Source: Streptomyces sp. WGS_02 (GTDB taxonomy: Bacteria > Actinomycetota > Actinomycetes > Streptomycetales > Streptomycetaceae). Taken from it: DNA of 32,000 bases. The notes beneath the pieces are model-generated. The model was not told the origin of the DNA. It searched no databases and saw only the letters and a list, made by a program, of their open reading frames with translations. The translations under genes were made by a program, and so were the position numbers. Numbering within the stretch: the first letter of the stretch is position 1; every line of letters begins with the position of its first letter. Of this stretch, positions 10,143 through 20,230 are shown piece after piece. The stretch is from contig JAYMFZ010000004.1 of assembly GCA_040989845.1 (NCBI GenBank), forward strand, positions 7,399,184 through 7,431,183. The letters are read 5' to 3'.

Positions 10143-11407
10143 GCGTCGGGCCGGCCGTCGCGTCGCCGCCGGGCGCGTTCGAGCTCGGCGGCGTCCGACA
10201 GCCAGGAGCCGTGCCGGTCGAGGGCGGCCCAGCCACCGCGGACGTAGGCGCTCACCAGGGTCCGGTACCCGCTCATCCCGTCGATGAGCGTGTACTCGAC
10301 CCGGTACTCCGGATCCGACCCGCCGCGGCTCTTGCGCACCGTCATGACCCGGGCGGCGGTGTCGGCGTAGAAGTGCAGCTGGATCCCCTCACCCAGCTCC
10401 TCGTCCTCGACGGTGAACACCTCGTTGTCGCCGGCGGAGCGATCACCGACGAACTCCCAGAACTCCGCCGAGGCCGTGCGCCCGCCGCCCGCGCGCCACT
10501 TCTTCTCGACGCCCTTGTCATCGGTGAAGGACAGGACGGTCTTCCTCGTCCGCACGTCCTCGCTTGGGCCGCCGATGGTCTCCTCGTCGTCCTCCGGAGG
10601 CGCGTTCCGGGAGCGATGGGCGGCTTCCGAGCACATCAGGAAGCTCATGGTGCGCACGGCGTCGGCGGCGAGCTCCGGGTGCGCCCGGCGCACGGCGGCG
10701 TCCACGGCCGTCTCCATCCGGCTCCAGTCGCGCTTGTCCGTGGCGCGCTTGCCCCGCCGTGGGTCGCGGCCGATCCGCATACCGGCGCACGCCTGCTCAG
10801 CGGTCGCGAGTACCCGCATGACCTCGGGCAGCCGCTCGGGGTCGACGGCGTCCGGCATCCGCTTCGGGATCGTCGCGCCGTGCAGGTACTGGCCCGTGTA
10901 CTTCAGAAGTGCCGTATCGAGCGGGCCCAGGACCACGCCGCGCTCGGCGCGACGGCGGTTCGCGTGATGCTCTTGAGCCCGCTTCTCGTCGGACGTCTCC
11001 GTCGCCGCGCGCATCGCCGCGCAGACCTGCCCGCGCTCCAGCAGTTCGACATCGGCCCCATGGGCGATGAGCCGGCCCCTGTCCCACGGGACGCGCCCGA
11101 AGAACGCGTCGACATCGGCGTGCGCGGCGAGGAGAACCGGATCCAGGAGCGCGACGGCGGCATCCTCGTCGAGCCGGCCCCGGGTGCCGGCGGCATCGCA
11201 CAACGGAAGGACCGCACTCCACAGCAGCAGGTGCCTGCCCAGGTCCGCCCGGATCACCGCGAGATGGGCTTCCCGGATCGGGAACGTGAACTCACGGGGC
11301 GAGTGGTTGGCGTCCGCCCCGGCACCGAGCATCACCTTCAGCTCGCCGTCCTCGCGGATCACGTTCGGGATCCAGCCGCTCGCGCGCGTGAAAACGATGT
11401 CTCTCAT
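10139..11407 (-). CDS. Conserved-type hypothetical protein, function unknown
   Basis: Open frame of about 420 aa starting [40 protein letters not shown]. Good coding bias. ATG at 11407 chosen for the GGGAAAG upstream; the track start is 11536 and an alternative ATG is at 11425. No family recognised with confidence. Confidence 0.8.
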   Translation of the reverse strand: MRDIVFTRASGWIPNVIREDGELKVMLGAGADANHSPREFTFPIREAHLAVIRADLGRHLLLWSAVLPLCDAAGTRGRLDEDAAVALLDPVLLAAHADVDAFFGRVPWDRGRLIAHGADVELLERGQVCAAMRAATETSDEKRAQEHHANRRRAERGVVLGPLDTALLKYTGQYLHGATIPKRMPDAVDPERLPEVMRVLATAEQACAGMRIGRDPRRGKRATDKRDWSRMETAVDAAVRRAHPELAADAVRTMSFLMCSEAAHRSRNAPPEDDEETIGGPSEDVRTRKTVLSFTDDKGVEKKWRAGGGRTASAEFWEFVGDRSAGDNEVFTVEDEELGEGIQLHFYADTAARVMTVRKSRGGSDPEYRVEYTLIDGMSGYRTLVSAYVRGGWAALDRHGSWLSDAAELERARRRRDGRPDA

Positions 11408-11527
11408 GGCCCCAGTCTTTCCCATCGGACAAGGCCGGCGGCCCGGGCCCCACGACGACGCCCCGGGCCGCCGGCACCGTTCGCTCCGGTGCTCGGCGAC
11501 TCCAGGGGATGCGCGTCGGACATACGG

Positions 11528-11584
11528 GTACGCCAAGGCCGGCCAGGTACGCCTGGGCCGGCCAGGTACACCTGGGTCAGCCGG
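11528..11584. repeat. About three 19-bp imperfect tandem repeats with dyad symmetry at the 3' end of the dhb operon (possible terminator)
   Basis: GTACGCCAAGGCCGGCCAG / GTACGCCTGGGCCGGCCAG / GTACACCTGGGTCAGCCGG at 11528-11546, 11547-11565 and 11566-11584. Confidence 0.7.
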
Positions 11585-11816
11585 CCACGCCCAGCAGCGG
11601 CGCCCAGGCCTCCAGCGCCGGCTTCTCGGCGAGGTCCGCGAAGGCCACCTCGATCCCGTGGTCGCGTCGCCAGGCGGCGGCCAGCGCCATCAGGCGGACG
11701 GAGTCGAGACCGTAGTCGACGAGGTTCTCGTCGACGGGGATCTCCTCGGGGTCCTCGCCGAGGATGTCGGCGACATCGGCACGGAGCTGGTCGAGTGTGA
11801 GCGCCACGGCGGTCAC
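11577..11816 (-). CDS. dhbG: Free-standing aryl carrier protein
   Basis: 79 aa, GTG start: VTAVALTLDQLRADVADILGEDPEEIPVDENLVDYGLDSVRLMALAAAWRRDHG. The 4'-phosphopantetheine site is GLDSVR. GTGA overlap with the isochorismatase stop. The symbol dhbG is from recall of the griseobactin cluster naming. The track ORF 11577..12077 over-extends it. Confidence 0.88.
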   Translation of the reverse strand: MTAVALTLDQLRADVADILGEDPEEIPVDENLVDYGLDSVRLMALAAAWRRDHGIEVAFADLAEKPALEAWAPLLGVAG

Positions 11817-12445
11817 TTCCCTTCGAAGACGGTCCGGGCGGTGGTGACGACGGCGCACTTGCCCGCGGCCCACCGCAGCGCCATCGCATGGTCCTCGGCG
11901 GAGAAGTCCGCCACCGCGTCGGCCACCACGAACGCCTGGATGTCCTGCATCCAGGCGTCGCACGCGGTCATCAGCACGCCGATGTGGGCGTAGACGCCCG
12001 TGATGACGATCTGGTCCCGCCCCTGCTCGCGCAGCCGCTCCAGCAGATCCGCGCGGACGAAGCCGCTGTACTTCCACTTGGTGAGCACGGTGTCGTCCGC
12101 GTCGGGCGCGACCTCGTCCGCGATGGCCGCGAGGTGCTCGTCGGCCGGCAGGCCGGGGCCCCAGAAGTCCTGCTGGAGACCGCGCTCCTCCGGGCTCTGG
12201 CCGCCTGGCTGCGCGGTGTAGAGCACCGGGACCCCGAGCCGTGCCGCGTCCTTCTTCAACTCGGATACATGGACGAGGAGTTCGGGAACGGGTGCGGCCT
12301 CGCGGTCGTATGCCGTGAGGAAGTAGTTCTGCAGGTCGTGGACGAGCAGCACGGCGCGCGCCGGGTCGACGGTCCAGTCGACCCGGTTGGCGGGCAACTC
12401 GTCGGCGGACGGCATGGGGTAGGGGACGATGGCGGGCAGAGCCAT
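11813..12445 (-). CDS. dhbB: Isochorismatase (2,3-dihydro-2,3-dihydroxybenzoate synthase), without fused carrier domain
   Basis: MALPAIVPYPMPSADELPANRVDWTVDPARAVLLVHDLQNYFL...LYTAQPGGQ...LTKWKYSGFVRADLLE...ITGVYAHIGVLMTACDA. 210 aa. Confidence 0.96.
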   Translation of the reverse strand: MALPAIVPYPMPSADELPANRVDWTVDPARAVLLVHDLQNYFLTAYDREAAPVPELLVHVSELKKDAARLGVPVLYTAQPGGQSPEERGLQQDFWGPGLPADEHLAAIADEVAPDADDTVLTKWKYSGFVRADLLERLREQGRDQIVITGVYAHIGVLMTACDAWMQDIQAFVVADAVADFSAEDHAMALRWAAGKCAVVTTARTVFEGK

Positions 12446-12508
12446 GGTGGAGAGGGTTCCGTTCGGGGAGTCGTTCAGGAGGACGGGGACGGGGACGGGC
12501 GGGGACGG

Positions 12509-14146
12509 TTATGAGGGCGAGGACGACGGGGCCGTGCGGGCGGCGGCGTTGCGCAGATCCTTCTTGGAGACCTTGCCCACGCCGGTCTGCGGGAACGCGT
12601 CGACGAACTCGACCCGGTCCGGCACCTTGTAGGCGGCCAGGCCCCGTTCGCGGACGAACCGCTTGACGGCCACCGCCTTCAGCGGGCCCGCGCCCGAGCG
12701 CAGGATCACGTACGCGCAGGTGCGTTCGCCCAGATACGGGTCCGGCTCGGCCACCACGTTGGCGTCGTGCACGGCGGGGTGGGCGAGGATGTGGTTCTCG
12801 ACCTCCTCGGCGGCGATCTTCTCGCCGCCGCGGTTGATCTGGTCCTTGGCGCGTCCCTCGACGACGATGTGCCCGCTCCCGGTGACCCGCACGATGTCAC
12901 CGGTGCGGTAGAAGCCGTCCTCGGTGAAGGAACGGGCGTTGTGCTCGGGGGCGTTCCAGTAGCCCCGGATGGTGTACGGGCCCCGGGTCAGCAGGTGGCC
13001 CGTCTCGCCCGGCGCCACCTCCTGGTCCTCGTCGTCGAGGACGAGGATCTCGTCGTCGGGCGAGATGGGCCGGCCCTGGGTGGTGACGATCGTCTCGACC
13101 GGGTCGTCGAGACGGGTGTAGTTGACCAGCCCCTCGGCCATGCCGAACACCTGCTGGAGCGTGCAGCCCAGCGCGGGCCGCACCCGGCGGGCCGCCTCCT
13201 CGCTGAACTTGGCGCCGCCCACCAGCAGTACGTCCAGGCTGGTGAGATCGTGCGCGGTGCCGGGCGCGGCCTCGGTCCAGAGCAGGGCCAGCGGCGGCAC
13301 GAGCCCGGTGATGGTGACGCCCTCACGCTCGATCAGCGGGAACGCCACCTCGGGCGAAGGCCCCGGGCACAGCACCACACGGCCCCCGGCGTACAGCGTG
13401 CCGAGCGAACCGGGGGAGGAGAGCGGAAAGTTGTGCGCGGCGGGCAGCACGCACAGGTAGACGCTGTTCTCGTCGACCGCGCAGATCTCGTTGGACCCCC
13501 ACAGTGAGTAGATGTAGTCGTCGTGGGTGCGCGGGATCAGCTTCGGGATGCCGGTGCTGCCGCCGGACAGCTGGAGGAAGGCCAGGTCGTCCGGGCGGGG
13601 CCCGCCGTAGCCGACCGGCTCCTCGGCGACCTCGGACAGCGCCTCGAACTCGCCGGGGTCCCCCTGGGCGACGAACACATGGCGCAGCGTGCTCACATTG
13701 GCGTGCGTCTTCGACGCCAGCTCACGGTAGTCGAAGCCGCCGTGCTCGGCCGCGACGACGTACGCCACCGCCTCGGTGAACTCGCAGAAGTAGGTGATCT
13801 CGCTCTCGCGGTGCGCGGGCAGCGCGAAGACGGGCAGCGCGCCGACCCGGAACAGCGCGAAGATCACCTCGAAGAACTCGGCGATGTTGGGGAGTTGGAC
13901 CACCACCTTGTCGCCCTTGACGATGCCCCGGGAGAGGAAGCCCGCCGCCAGCCGGTCGGCGCGCCGGTCGAGATCGGCGTACGTCCACCGGCTGCCCGCC
14001 ACCGGGTCGACGATCGCGACCCGGTCGGGGTGCTCCTCGGCGCGCTGTCGCAGCATCTCCCCGAAGGTCTCCCCGCGCCACCAGCCGGCCGCCCGGTACC
14101 GCTCGGCGAATTCGGCGGGCCAGGTGGGCGCCGCTTCCGTGGTCAC
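12509..14146 (-). CDS. dhbE: 2,3-dihydroxybenzoate-AMP ligase
   Basis: GTG start [42 protein letters not shown]; [21 protein letters not shown]; [14 protein letters not shown]; [14 protein letters not shown]. The track ORF extends to 14905 antisense to dhbC. Confidence 0.96.
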   Translation of the reverse strand: MTTEAAPTWPAEFAERYRAAGWWRGETFGEMLRQRAEEHPDRVAIVDPVAGSRWTYADLDRRADRLAAGFLSRGIVKGDKVVVQLPNIAEFFEVIFALFRVGALPVFALPAHRESEITYFCEFTEAVAYVVAAEHGGFDYRELASKTHANVSTLRHVFVAQGDPGEFEALSEVAEEPVGYGGPRPDDLAFLQLSGGSTGIPKLIPRTHDDYIYSLWGSNEICAVDENSVYLCVLPAAHNFPLSSPGSLGTLYAGGRVVLCPGPSPEVAFPLIEREGVTITGLVPPLALLWTEAAPGTAHDLTSLDVLLVGGAKFSEEAARRVRPALGCTLQQVFGMAEGLVNYTRLDDPVETIVTTQGRPISPDDEILVLDDEDQEVAPGETGHLLTRGPYTIRGYWNAPEHNARSFTEDGFYRTGDIVRVTGSGHIVVEGRAKDQINRGGEKIAAEEVENHILAHPAVHDANVVAEPDPYLGERTCAYVILRSGAGPLKAVAVKRFVRERGLAAYKVPDRVEFVDAFPQTGVGKVSKKDLRNAAARTAPSSSPS

Positions 14147-15348
14147 AGCTCGGCTCCCACGGCGCTCAGGAAGGTGCGGAACTTGGCCGCGGTCTCCGCG
14201 GTCTCCGCCTCGGGCTCGGAGGCGGCGACGACACCCGCTCCGGCGTACAGGCGCAGGGTGCGCTCCTCGGCCTCGGCGCAGCGGATCGTGACGACCCAGT
14301 CGCCGTCGCCCTCGGCGTTGCCCCAGCCGACCACGCCGGTGAAGAAGCCACGGTCGAACGGTTCGGTCTCCGCGATGACCTGACGGGCCGTCCGCGTCGG
14401 CGTGCCGCACACGGCGGGTGTCGGGTGCAGCGCGAGCGCCAGCTCCAGCGCCGAGGTGTCGGGGGAGCGCAGGGTGCCGGTGACCGTGGTGGACAGGTGC
14501 CACATGGTGGCGGTGCGGATGAGCGTCGGCCGGGCCGGGACGGTCAGTTCCGTGCAGTGCCCCGCGAGCGCCTGGTGGACGGCGTCGACGACGACGGCGT
14601 GTTCGTGGAGATCCTTGACGGATTCCAGCAGTGTCGCCGCCCGGCGCACGTCCTCGGCCAGGTCGGCGCTGCGCGGGGTCGAGCCGGCCAGCGGGTTGGC
14701 GACGACCTGCTTGCCATGGCGGGAGACGAGCAGCTCGGGGCTGGCGCCGATGAGGGTGCGCCCGGGCCTGGTCGGCAGGGCGAAGGTGTAGCCGGAGGGG
14801 TCGCGGCGGGCGAGGCGCTGGAGCATCGCGGGCAGGTCGACCGGGGCGTCGGAGGTGAGTTCGAGGGTGCGGGCCAGGACGACCTTGCTGAACTCGCCGC
14901 GCCACATGCGTTCCACGGCGGCGGCGACGCCCTTGCCGTAGATCTCCGGCTCGGGCACCTGGCGTATCTCCCAGGTCCCGGCGGTGGGCGCGGTGGCCGG
15001 CAGGGCGATGAGCGGGTCGGAGGCGAGCGCGGGCGCGGTGCGCACCGACTCCGGGACGCTCAGCGCGGCCGGGGCGGTGTGGTCGAAGGGGATGGCCCCG
15101 ATGACCACCGGTGACTCCTGGCCGGCGGCGGCCGCCGCGGCGAGCGTGGCGTCCACCCGCGCGGTCAACGGTCTCTCGTCGTGCGGGACATGGTGTCCCG
15201 GTCCCCGTGCGAGCAGCGTGCGTCCGGGAGTGGCGAGAAAGTGGTCGCCCGGTGCGTAGGCGTCCAGAAGCGAGGTGGCCGCTCCTACGGCCGGGTGGGC
15301 CGGATCGGCCGGGGCGGTGTGCGTGGCGACCTGGGATGCCGTCGACAC
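14143..15348 (-). CDS. dhbC: Isochorismate synthase
   Basis: [95 protein letters not shown] start with upstream GGAG. Confidence 0.96.
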   Translation of the reverse strand: MSTASQVATHTAPADPAHPAVGAATSLLDAYAPGDHFLATPGRTLLARGPGHHVPHDERPLTARVDATLAAAAAAGQESPVVIGAIPFDHTAPAALSVPESVRTAPALASDPLIALPATAPTAGTWEIRQVPEPEIYGKGVAAAVERMWRGEFSKVVLARTLELTSDAPVDLPAMLQRLARRDPSGYTFALPTRPGRTLIGASPELLVSRHGKQVVANPLAGSTPRSADLAEDVRRAATLLESVKDLHEHAVVVDAVHQALAGHCTELTVPARPTLIRTATMWHLSTTVTGTLRSPDTSALELALALHPTPAVCGTPTRTARQVIAETEPFDRGFFTGVVGWGNAEGDGDWVVTIRCAEAEERTLRLYAGAGVVAASEPEAETAETAAKFRTFLSAVGAEL

Positions 15349-15456
15349 GGGAACTCCATTCTCGATGGTCCCGTCAGCGGGTGCGGGGGGCTGGATGGGA
15401 GGTGAAGGCAGGTGCAGGAAAGGGGCGCGGTAAAGGAAGGAGGGGCGGCCGGGCGG

Positions 15457-16287
15457 TCAGCGCAGGGTCGCGCCGCCGTCGACGTACAGCTCCTGCATGG
15501 TGATGTGGCGGGCGCGGTCCGAGGCGAGGAACGCCACCGTCTCCGCGATGTCCCCGGGGCCGGCGATCCGGCCCAGCGGAATGCCGGTGCGGTACGTGGC
15601 GGGGTCCCCGTCGATGACGCGCTGTTCGGCGCCCGGGTCGGTCCACAGCGCGCGTTGCATCGGTGTGTCGGTGGAGCCGGGCGCGACGACGTTGCAGCGG
15701 ACGCCGCTGCGGGCGAGTTCGAGTCCCAGACACTTGGTGAACATGGCGGCGGCCGCCTTGGAGGCGGCGTAGGCGGCCATGCCGGTGCGCGGGATCCCGG
15801 CGGCGTTGGAGCCGACGGTGACGACCGCGCCGGATCCGCGGGCCGCCATGAGCGGGGCGACGGCCTGGGAGACATGGAAGACGCCGGTGGCGTTCACCGC
15901 GAAGGTGTCCGCCCAGTCCTGCGCGGAGAGCACGGCCGCCGGGCCGGGGCGCAGGATGCCCGCCACGTTCACCAGGACGTCGACCGGGCCGAGTTGTCGC
16001 TCGACACGGGCCACGGTGCTCTCCACCGAGCCGCGGTCGGTGACGTCCATCACATACGGGTCCAGACTGCCTGCCGAACGCTCGCCACTGGGCAGTTTCT
16101 CCTGCGTCCGGGTCCACTCGGCGGCCGTCGCCTCGATGCCGGGCAGGGCGCGATCCGTGGCGGCCACGCGGGCGCCGAGGGTGGCGAGCAGGTCGGCGAC
16201 TGCCGCGCCGATGCCTTGTGCGGCACCGGTGACCAGAGCAGTGCGGCCCATGAAGTCGCCGCTTCTGCCCGGTATGTGCTCAGGCAT
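15457..16287 (-). CDS. dhbA: 2,3-dihydro-2,3-dihydroxybenzoate dehydrogenase (SDR)
   Basis: [63 protein letters not shown] at 16287 preceded by GGAGGAGG. Confidence 0.95.
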   Translation of the reverse strand: MPEHIPGRSGDFMGRTALVTGAAQGIGAAVADLLATLGARVAATDRALPGIEATAAEWTRTQEKLPSGERSAGSLDPYVMDVTDRGSVESTVARVERQLGPVDVLVNVAGILRPGPAAVLSAQDWADTFAVNATGVFHVSQAVAPLMAARGSGAVVTVGSNAAGIPRTGMAAYAASKAAAAMFTKCLGLELARSGVRCNVVAPGSTDTPMQRALWTDPGAEQRVIDGDPATYRTGIPLGRIAGPGDIAETVAFLASDRARHITMQELYVDGGATLR

Positions 16288-16306
16288 GAGCAACCTCCTC
16301 CGGGTG

Positions 16307-16325
16307 TTAGGTAAGGGTAACCTAA
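16307..16325. promoter_or_regulatory. DmdR/IdeR-type iron box for the dhbA operon
   Basis: TTAGGTAAGGGTAACCTAA; 17/19 to the consensus TTAGGTTAGGCTAACCTAA. Confidence 0.88.
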
Positions 16326-16368
16326 ATTGAACCGACCGCCCAGAAGGGGTCGAGCCGTCGATATCTAC

Positions 16369-16387
16369 TTAGGCTAGCCTCACCTTA
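16369..16387. promoter_or_regulatory. DmdR/IdeR-type iron box for the permease operon
   Basis: TTAGGCTAGCCTCACCTTA; about 15/19 to consensus. It ends on the A of the permease ATG. Confidence 0.8.
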
Positions 16388-18774
16388 TGCAAACGCCGCG
16401 CACGGGGACCACGGCCTCGGCTCCCGAACATGACTCCTCGACCGTTCAGTTGGACGGAGGCGAAGCCGACCGGATCGCGGCGGCCGCCTCCGTCGGACCT
16501 GGGGAAGCATCTCCGGGAGTCGACAAGGGAACAACGCCGGAAACCGGGCGGCCCCCGGAGTCCCGGCCCGTTCCCGACGCCGCCGTCACTCCCGACGGCT
16601 CCCGCTCCACGGCCGACCCGCGGCGGCGGACCGTGGTGGTGGCCGTCGCCGGACTGGCCTTCGCCGTCCTGTTGTTGACGGGTCTCTCCCTCTCGATCGG
16701 CGCGGGCGAGGTCGGCCCCGGCGGGGTCCTGGACTACCTGCTCGGCCGGGACGGCGCGCGCGACAACGCCCGGCTCTCCCTCGTCGTCGGCGATCTGCGC
16801 CTGCCGCGCACCCTCACCGCGCTCCTCGTCGGGGCCGCCCTCGGCGTCGCCGGGTGCCTCCTCCAGGCGGTCACCCGCAACCCGCTGGCCGAGACCGGTC
16901 TGCTCGGCGTCAACGCGGGCGCCTCGCTCGGCGTCGTCGCCGGCATCGCGCTGCTCGGCTTCGATTCCGGTTACGCCTATCTCGTCTGCGCGTTCGTCGG
17001 TGCGGTGGTCGCGAGCGGTCTCGTCCTCCTCATTTCTGGAAGACGCGGCGGCGGTTCTCCCATGCGCCTGGTCCTCGCCGGGGCGGCGCTCGGGGCGACC
17101 TTCGGCGGGCTCACCAGCGTCATCGTCGTCAATTCCGCGGAGACCTACGACAGATTCCGCTTCTGGGTCCTCGGCTCCCTCGCCGGAGTCGAGGGCTTCG
17201 GCGAACTGGGTCGCCTCGCACCCGTCCTCGCCCTCGGTTTCGTCGTCGCCCTCCTCGTCGCCCGCCCGCTCTCCGCCCTGGCCCTCGGCGACGACCTGGC
17301 CCGCAGCCTCGGCCACCGGCCCCCCGTGATCCGTACGGTCGTCGCCATCGGCGTCACCCTGCTGACCGCGGCCGCCGTCGCGCTCGCCGGGCCGATCTCC
17401 TTCCTCGGACTGCTCGCCGGCTTCCTCGCCCGCGCCCTCGCCGGCACCCGGCTCGCCGCCCGCATCCTGCTCGCCGGGCTCATCGGCGCCTGTGTCCTGA
17501 CGGTCTCCGACATCGCCGCCCGCGTCGTCTCCCGGCCCTTCGAAGCGCCCGTCTCCGTCATCGTCGCCCTCATCGGCGCCCCCGTCCTCATCGCCATCGT
17601 CCGCTCCAAGCAGCTGGCCTCGATGGGCATGACGGAACCGGCCACCGAGGAACGCGCCCCCGACCGCCCCCGCCGCTTCCGGATCACCCTGCCCCGCCCG
17701 GCCCGCCGCACCCCGAAGACCAAGACCCCGCGGGTCCGCCCGGCCGACACCCTCGTCCTGCGCCGCGGCACGCTGTCCCTCCTCGTCACCCGGCGCCCCG
17801 CGCTGGCCGCCCTCGCCCTCGCCGGGGTCCTCCTGCTCGCCGTCGTCCTCTCCGCCTACGCGGGCCAGAGCGACATGGGCGTCGCCCGTACCTTCCGCGC
17901 GGTGTTCGGCCAGGGCGACCGCTTCGACGTGCTGCTCGTCCAGAAGTTCCGCCTCGGCCGCATCGTCGCCGGACTCACCGCCGGAGCGGCCCTCGGCCTG
18001 GCCGGCTGCCTCACCCAGACCCTGGCCCGCAACCGCCTGGCCACCCCCGAACTCCTCGGCGTCAACGACGGGGCCACTGCCGCCGTCCTGCTCTCCGTGA
18101 CCCTCAGCGCCACCGGATCCTTCGGCGCCTGGTGGGCCGGGCCGATCGGCGCCCTGGTCGCCGTCATCGTCGTCACCACCGTCTCCGGCGGCCTCGGCCG
18201 GCGCGGCTACCGCGTCCTCGTCGTCGGCCTCGCCATGTCCGCCCTGGCCTCCGCCATCACCCAGGTCGTCCTCTCCCGCCGGTCCCTCTCCTCCGCCAGT
18301 TCGCTGTACGTGTGGACCTCGGGCAGCCTCAACGGGCGCAGCTACTCCGTCGCCGTCCCCGTCCTCATCGGCCTCGCGGTACTCGTCCCGGTCAGCCTCG
18401 CCGTCGCCCGCCACCTGGGTGTCCTGCGCTTCGACGACGCGACCGCCTCCTCGCTCGGCTCCGCCCCCGGCCGGGTCCGCGCCCTGGCCCTGCTCCTCGC
18501 CGTCGCCCTCGCGGGCCTCGCGGTCGGCATCTGCGGACCCGTCGGATTCGTCGCACTCGCCTCCCCGGTCATCGCCTCCCGGCTCGCCGGACCCCTCCGT
18601 GTGCCGCTCGTCGGCTCGATGCTCACCGGAGCCGTCCTCGTTGTCGCCGCCGACACCCTCGGCCGCATCGTCCTCGACGGTGCCGAACTGCCCGTCGGCA
18701 TCGTCACCACCGTCCTCGGCGGCCCCTTCCTGCTCTGGGTGCTGCTCGGCCGCTCGGCCGCCACCCGCGTGTAG
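16387..18774 (+). CDS. Fused double FecCD-type iron-siderophore ABC transporter permease
   Basis: 795 aa. Two tandem FecCD halves with the signatures LRLPRTLTALLVGAALGVAGCLLQAVTRNPLAETGLLGVNAGAS and FRLGRIVAGLTAGAALGLAGCLTQTLARNRLATPELLGVNDGAT. Confidence 0.93.
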   Translation: MQTPRTGTTASAPEHDSSTVQLDGGEADRIAAAASVGPGEASPGVDKGTTPETGRPPESRPVPDAAVTPDGSRSTADPRRRTVVVAVAGLAFAVLLLTGLSLSIGAGEVGPGGVLDYLLGRDGARDNARLSLVVGDLRLPRTLTALLVGAALGVAGCLLQAVTRNPLAETGLLGVNAGASLGVVAGIALLGFDSGYAYLVCAFVGAVVASGLVLLISGRRGGGSPMRLVLAGAALGATFGGLTSVIVVNSAETYDRFRFWVLGSLAGVEGFGELGRLAPVLALGFVVALLVARPLSALALGDDLARSLGHRPPVIRTVVAIGVTLLTAAAVALAGPISFLGLLAGFLARALAGTRLAARILLAGLIGACVLTVSDIAARVVSRPFEAPVSVIVALIGAPVLIAIVRSKQLASMGMTEPATEERAPDRPRRFRITLPRPARRTPKTKTPRVRPADTLVLRRGTLSLLVTRRPALAALALAGVLLLAVVLSAYAGQSDMGVARTFRAVFGQGDRFDVLLVQKFRLGRIVAGLTAGAALGLAGCLTQTLARNRLATPELLGVNDGATAAVLLSVTLSATGSFGAWWAGPIGALVAVIVVTTVSGGLGRRGYRVLVVGLAMSALASAITQVVLSRRSLSSASSLYVWTSGSLNGRSYSVAVPVLIGLAVLVPVSLAVARHLGVLRFDDATASSLGSAPGRVRALALLLAVALAGLAVGICGPVGFVALASPVIASRLAGPLRVPLVGSMLTGAVLVVAADTLGRIVLDGAELPVGIVTTVLGGPFLLWVLLGRSAATRV

Positions 18775-18826
18775 CGGGCCGCCACCCCCGTACAAGAAGC
18801 CCACGTACAGGAAGTACGAGAGACCC

Positions 18827-20140
18827 ATGACCTATCCGCCGCGCAGGAATCCGCCGCCCCCGCCCGTATCCAAGGCACCGGCATCCACGGGGCCGGCATC
18901 CGCCGGACCGACCGAACCCGAGGCCACCGCCGTGCGAAGCCCCCTGTTGCGTACGCTGCTCGCGGAGGTCCGCGCCGAAAAGCCCGACGCCGAGGAGGCG
19001 TTCTGGCGGTACGCCGCCGCCACCGGCACCCCTCTCGTCGAACCCGACCCGGAGGGCGACCCGGACCACCGGCTCGTCACCTTCGTCCGCCGCGAGGACC
19101 CCGCGCGCCCCGCCACCCATGTCCTGGCCCTGGTCCACACGGTCACCGACAAGGACCGGCACGCCGGCGACCTCGCCCCGCACCTGATGGAACGGATCGA
19201 CGGCACCGGCGTATGGGCGATCAGCCACCGGCTGCGCGCCGACCACCGCGCCTCGTACCAGTTCCACGCCACCGGGGGCACGCGCGAGGACGCCCTGCGC
19301 GCCGACCGGTCCTCCTGGCTCGGGGTCCTCGACCACGCCGAACCCGACCCGCTCAACGACCGCGCCCCGCTGCCCTCCCGGGACGGCCGCAACCCCGCCT
19401 CCGTCCTCGAACTCCCCGATGCCCCGCCGCAGTCACGCACACGGCGACGCGACGACGTGGACCGGGGCCGCACGCTCGACGCCGAGGTCGACGGCCGCTC
19501 CATCACGGTCCACCTGCCGCCCGGCCACCGCCCGGACGGAGGCCCGTACGCGCTCGCCGTGCTCCTCGACGGCGAGATGTGGGGGCCGGTCCTCGGCGTC
19601 GGTGACATCCTCGACAACCTGCACGCCGACGGGGATCTCCCGCCCACCGTGGCGGTCCTGGTCGACACCATGGGCCGGCGCATGGAAGACCTCGCGTGCA
19701 GCGCCCCGTTCGTCGACTGGCTCGCCGACACCCTGCTGCCGTGGGCCGAGCGGGAGTACGGGGCCGGGGCGGACGCCGCACGGACCGTCGTCGCCGGACA
19801 GAGCGCGGGCGGCCTCACCGCCGCGTTCGCCGCCTTCCGGCGCCCCGACCGCTTCGGGCTCGCCCTCTCCCAGTCGGGGTCCTTCTGGTGGCCCGACGAC
19901 GAACGCGGCACCGAGTGGCTCACCGGGCAGTACGCGTGGGCGGAGCGCAGGCCGGTGACCCTCCATCTGGAGGTCGGCCTCCAGGAGTGGATGCTCCTCC
20001 AGGAGAACCGCAGGCTCCGCAATGTGCTGCGGGCCCGTGGATACGGCGTCCGCTACCGGGAGTTCAACGGCGGCCACGACTACGCCTGCTGGCGCGGCGG
20101 CCTCGCGGACGGGCTGGCCGCCCTGCTCGGCGAAGGCTGA
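18827..20140 (+). CDS. fes: Enterochelin esterase (Fes)-like ferric siderophore trilactone esterase
   Basis: 437 aa from MTYPPRRNPPPPPVSKAP. LLDGEMW, TVVAGQSAGGLTAAFAAFRRPDRFG and LSQSGSFWW are Fes-type motifs with a GQSAGG nucleophile elbow. C-terminal GGHDYACWRGGLADGL. The track ORF over-extends upstream into the permease gene. Confidence 0.93.
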   Translation: MTYPPRRNPPPPPVSKAPASTGPASAGPTEPEATAVRSPLLRTLLAEVRAEKPDAEEAFWRYAAATGTPLVEPDPEGDPDHRLVTFVRREDPARPATHVLALVHTVTDKDRHAGDLAPHLMERIDGTGVWAISHRLRADHRASYQFHATGGTREDALRADRSSWLGVLDHAEPDPLNDRAPLPSRDGRNPASVLELPDAPPQSRTRRRDDVDRGRTLDAEVDGRSITVHLPPGHRPDGGPYALAVLLDGEMWGPVLGVGDILDNLHADGDLPPTVAVLVDTMGRRMEDLACSAPFVDWLADTLLPWAEREYGAGADAARTVVAGQSAGGLTAAFAAFRRPDRFGLALSQSGSFWWPDDERGTEWLTGQYAWAERRPVTLHLEVGLQEWMLLQENRRLRNVLRARGYGVRYREFNGGHDYACWRGGLADGLAALLGEG

Positions 20141-20168
20141 GACGACGACGTGACTCCGCGTCCCGAGC

Positions 20169-20222
20169 ACGCGTGAGGGGCGGGCCGCATCCCCCTCCGG
20201 ATGCGGCCCGCCCCTCACGCGT
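20169..20222. terminator. Strong bidirectional terminator between convergent fes and MFS genes
   Basis: Perfect 24-bp inverted repeat ACGCGTGAGGGGCGGGCCGCATCC (20169-20192) / GGATGCGGCCCGCCCCTCACGCGT (20199-20222), loop CCCTCC. Confidence 0.9.
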
Positions 20223-20230
20223 ATGCCCGC

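Noticed and set aside
12509-14905. 798-aa version of the DHB-AMP ligase
   Set aside because: The N-terminal roughly 250 residues are out-of-frame translation of dhbC. The GTG at 14146 with a GTGA overlap is the sensible start.
18791-18820. Short GTACA(A/G)GAAG repeat in the permease-fes gap
   Set aside because: Only about 10 bp in two copies with no dyad; too short to support a function beyond contributing a purine-rich leader.
16369-18828. 819-aa minus-strand ORF opposite the permease
   Set aside because: Low-complexity G/E/D/A-rich shadow of the FecCD permease frame.
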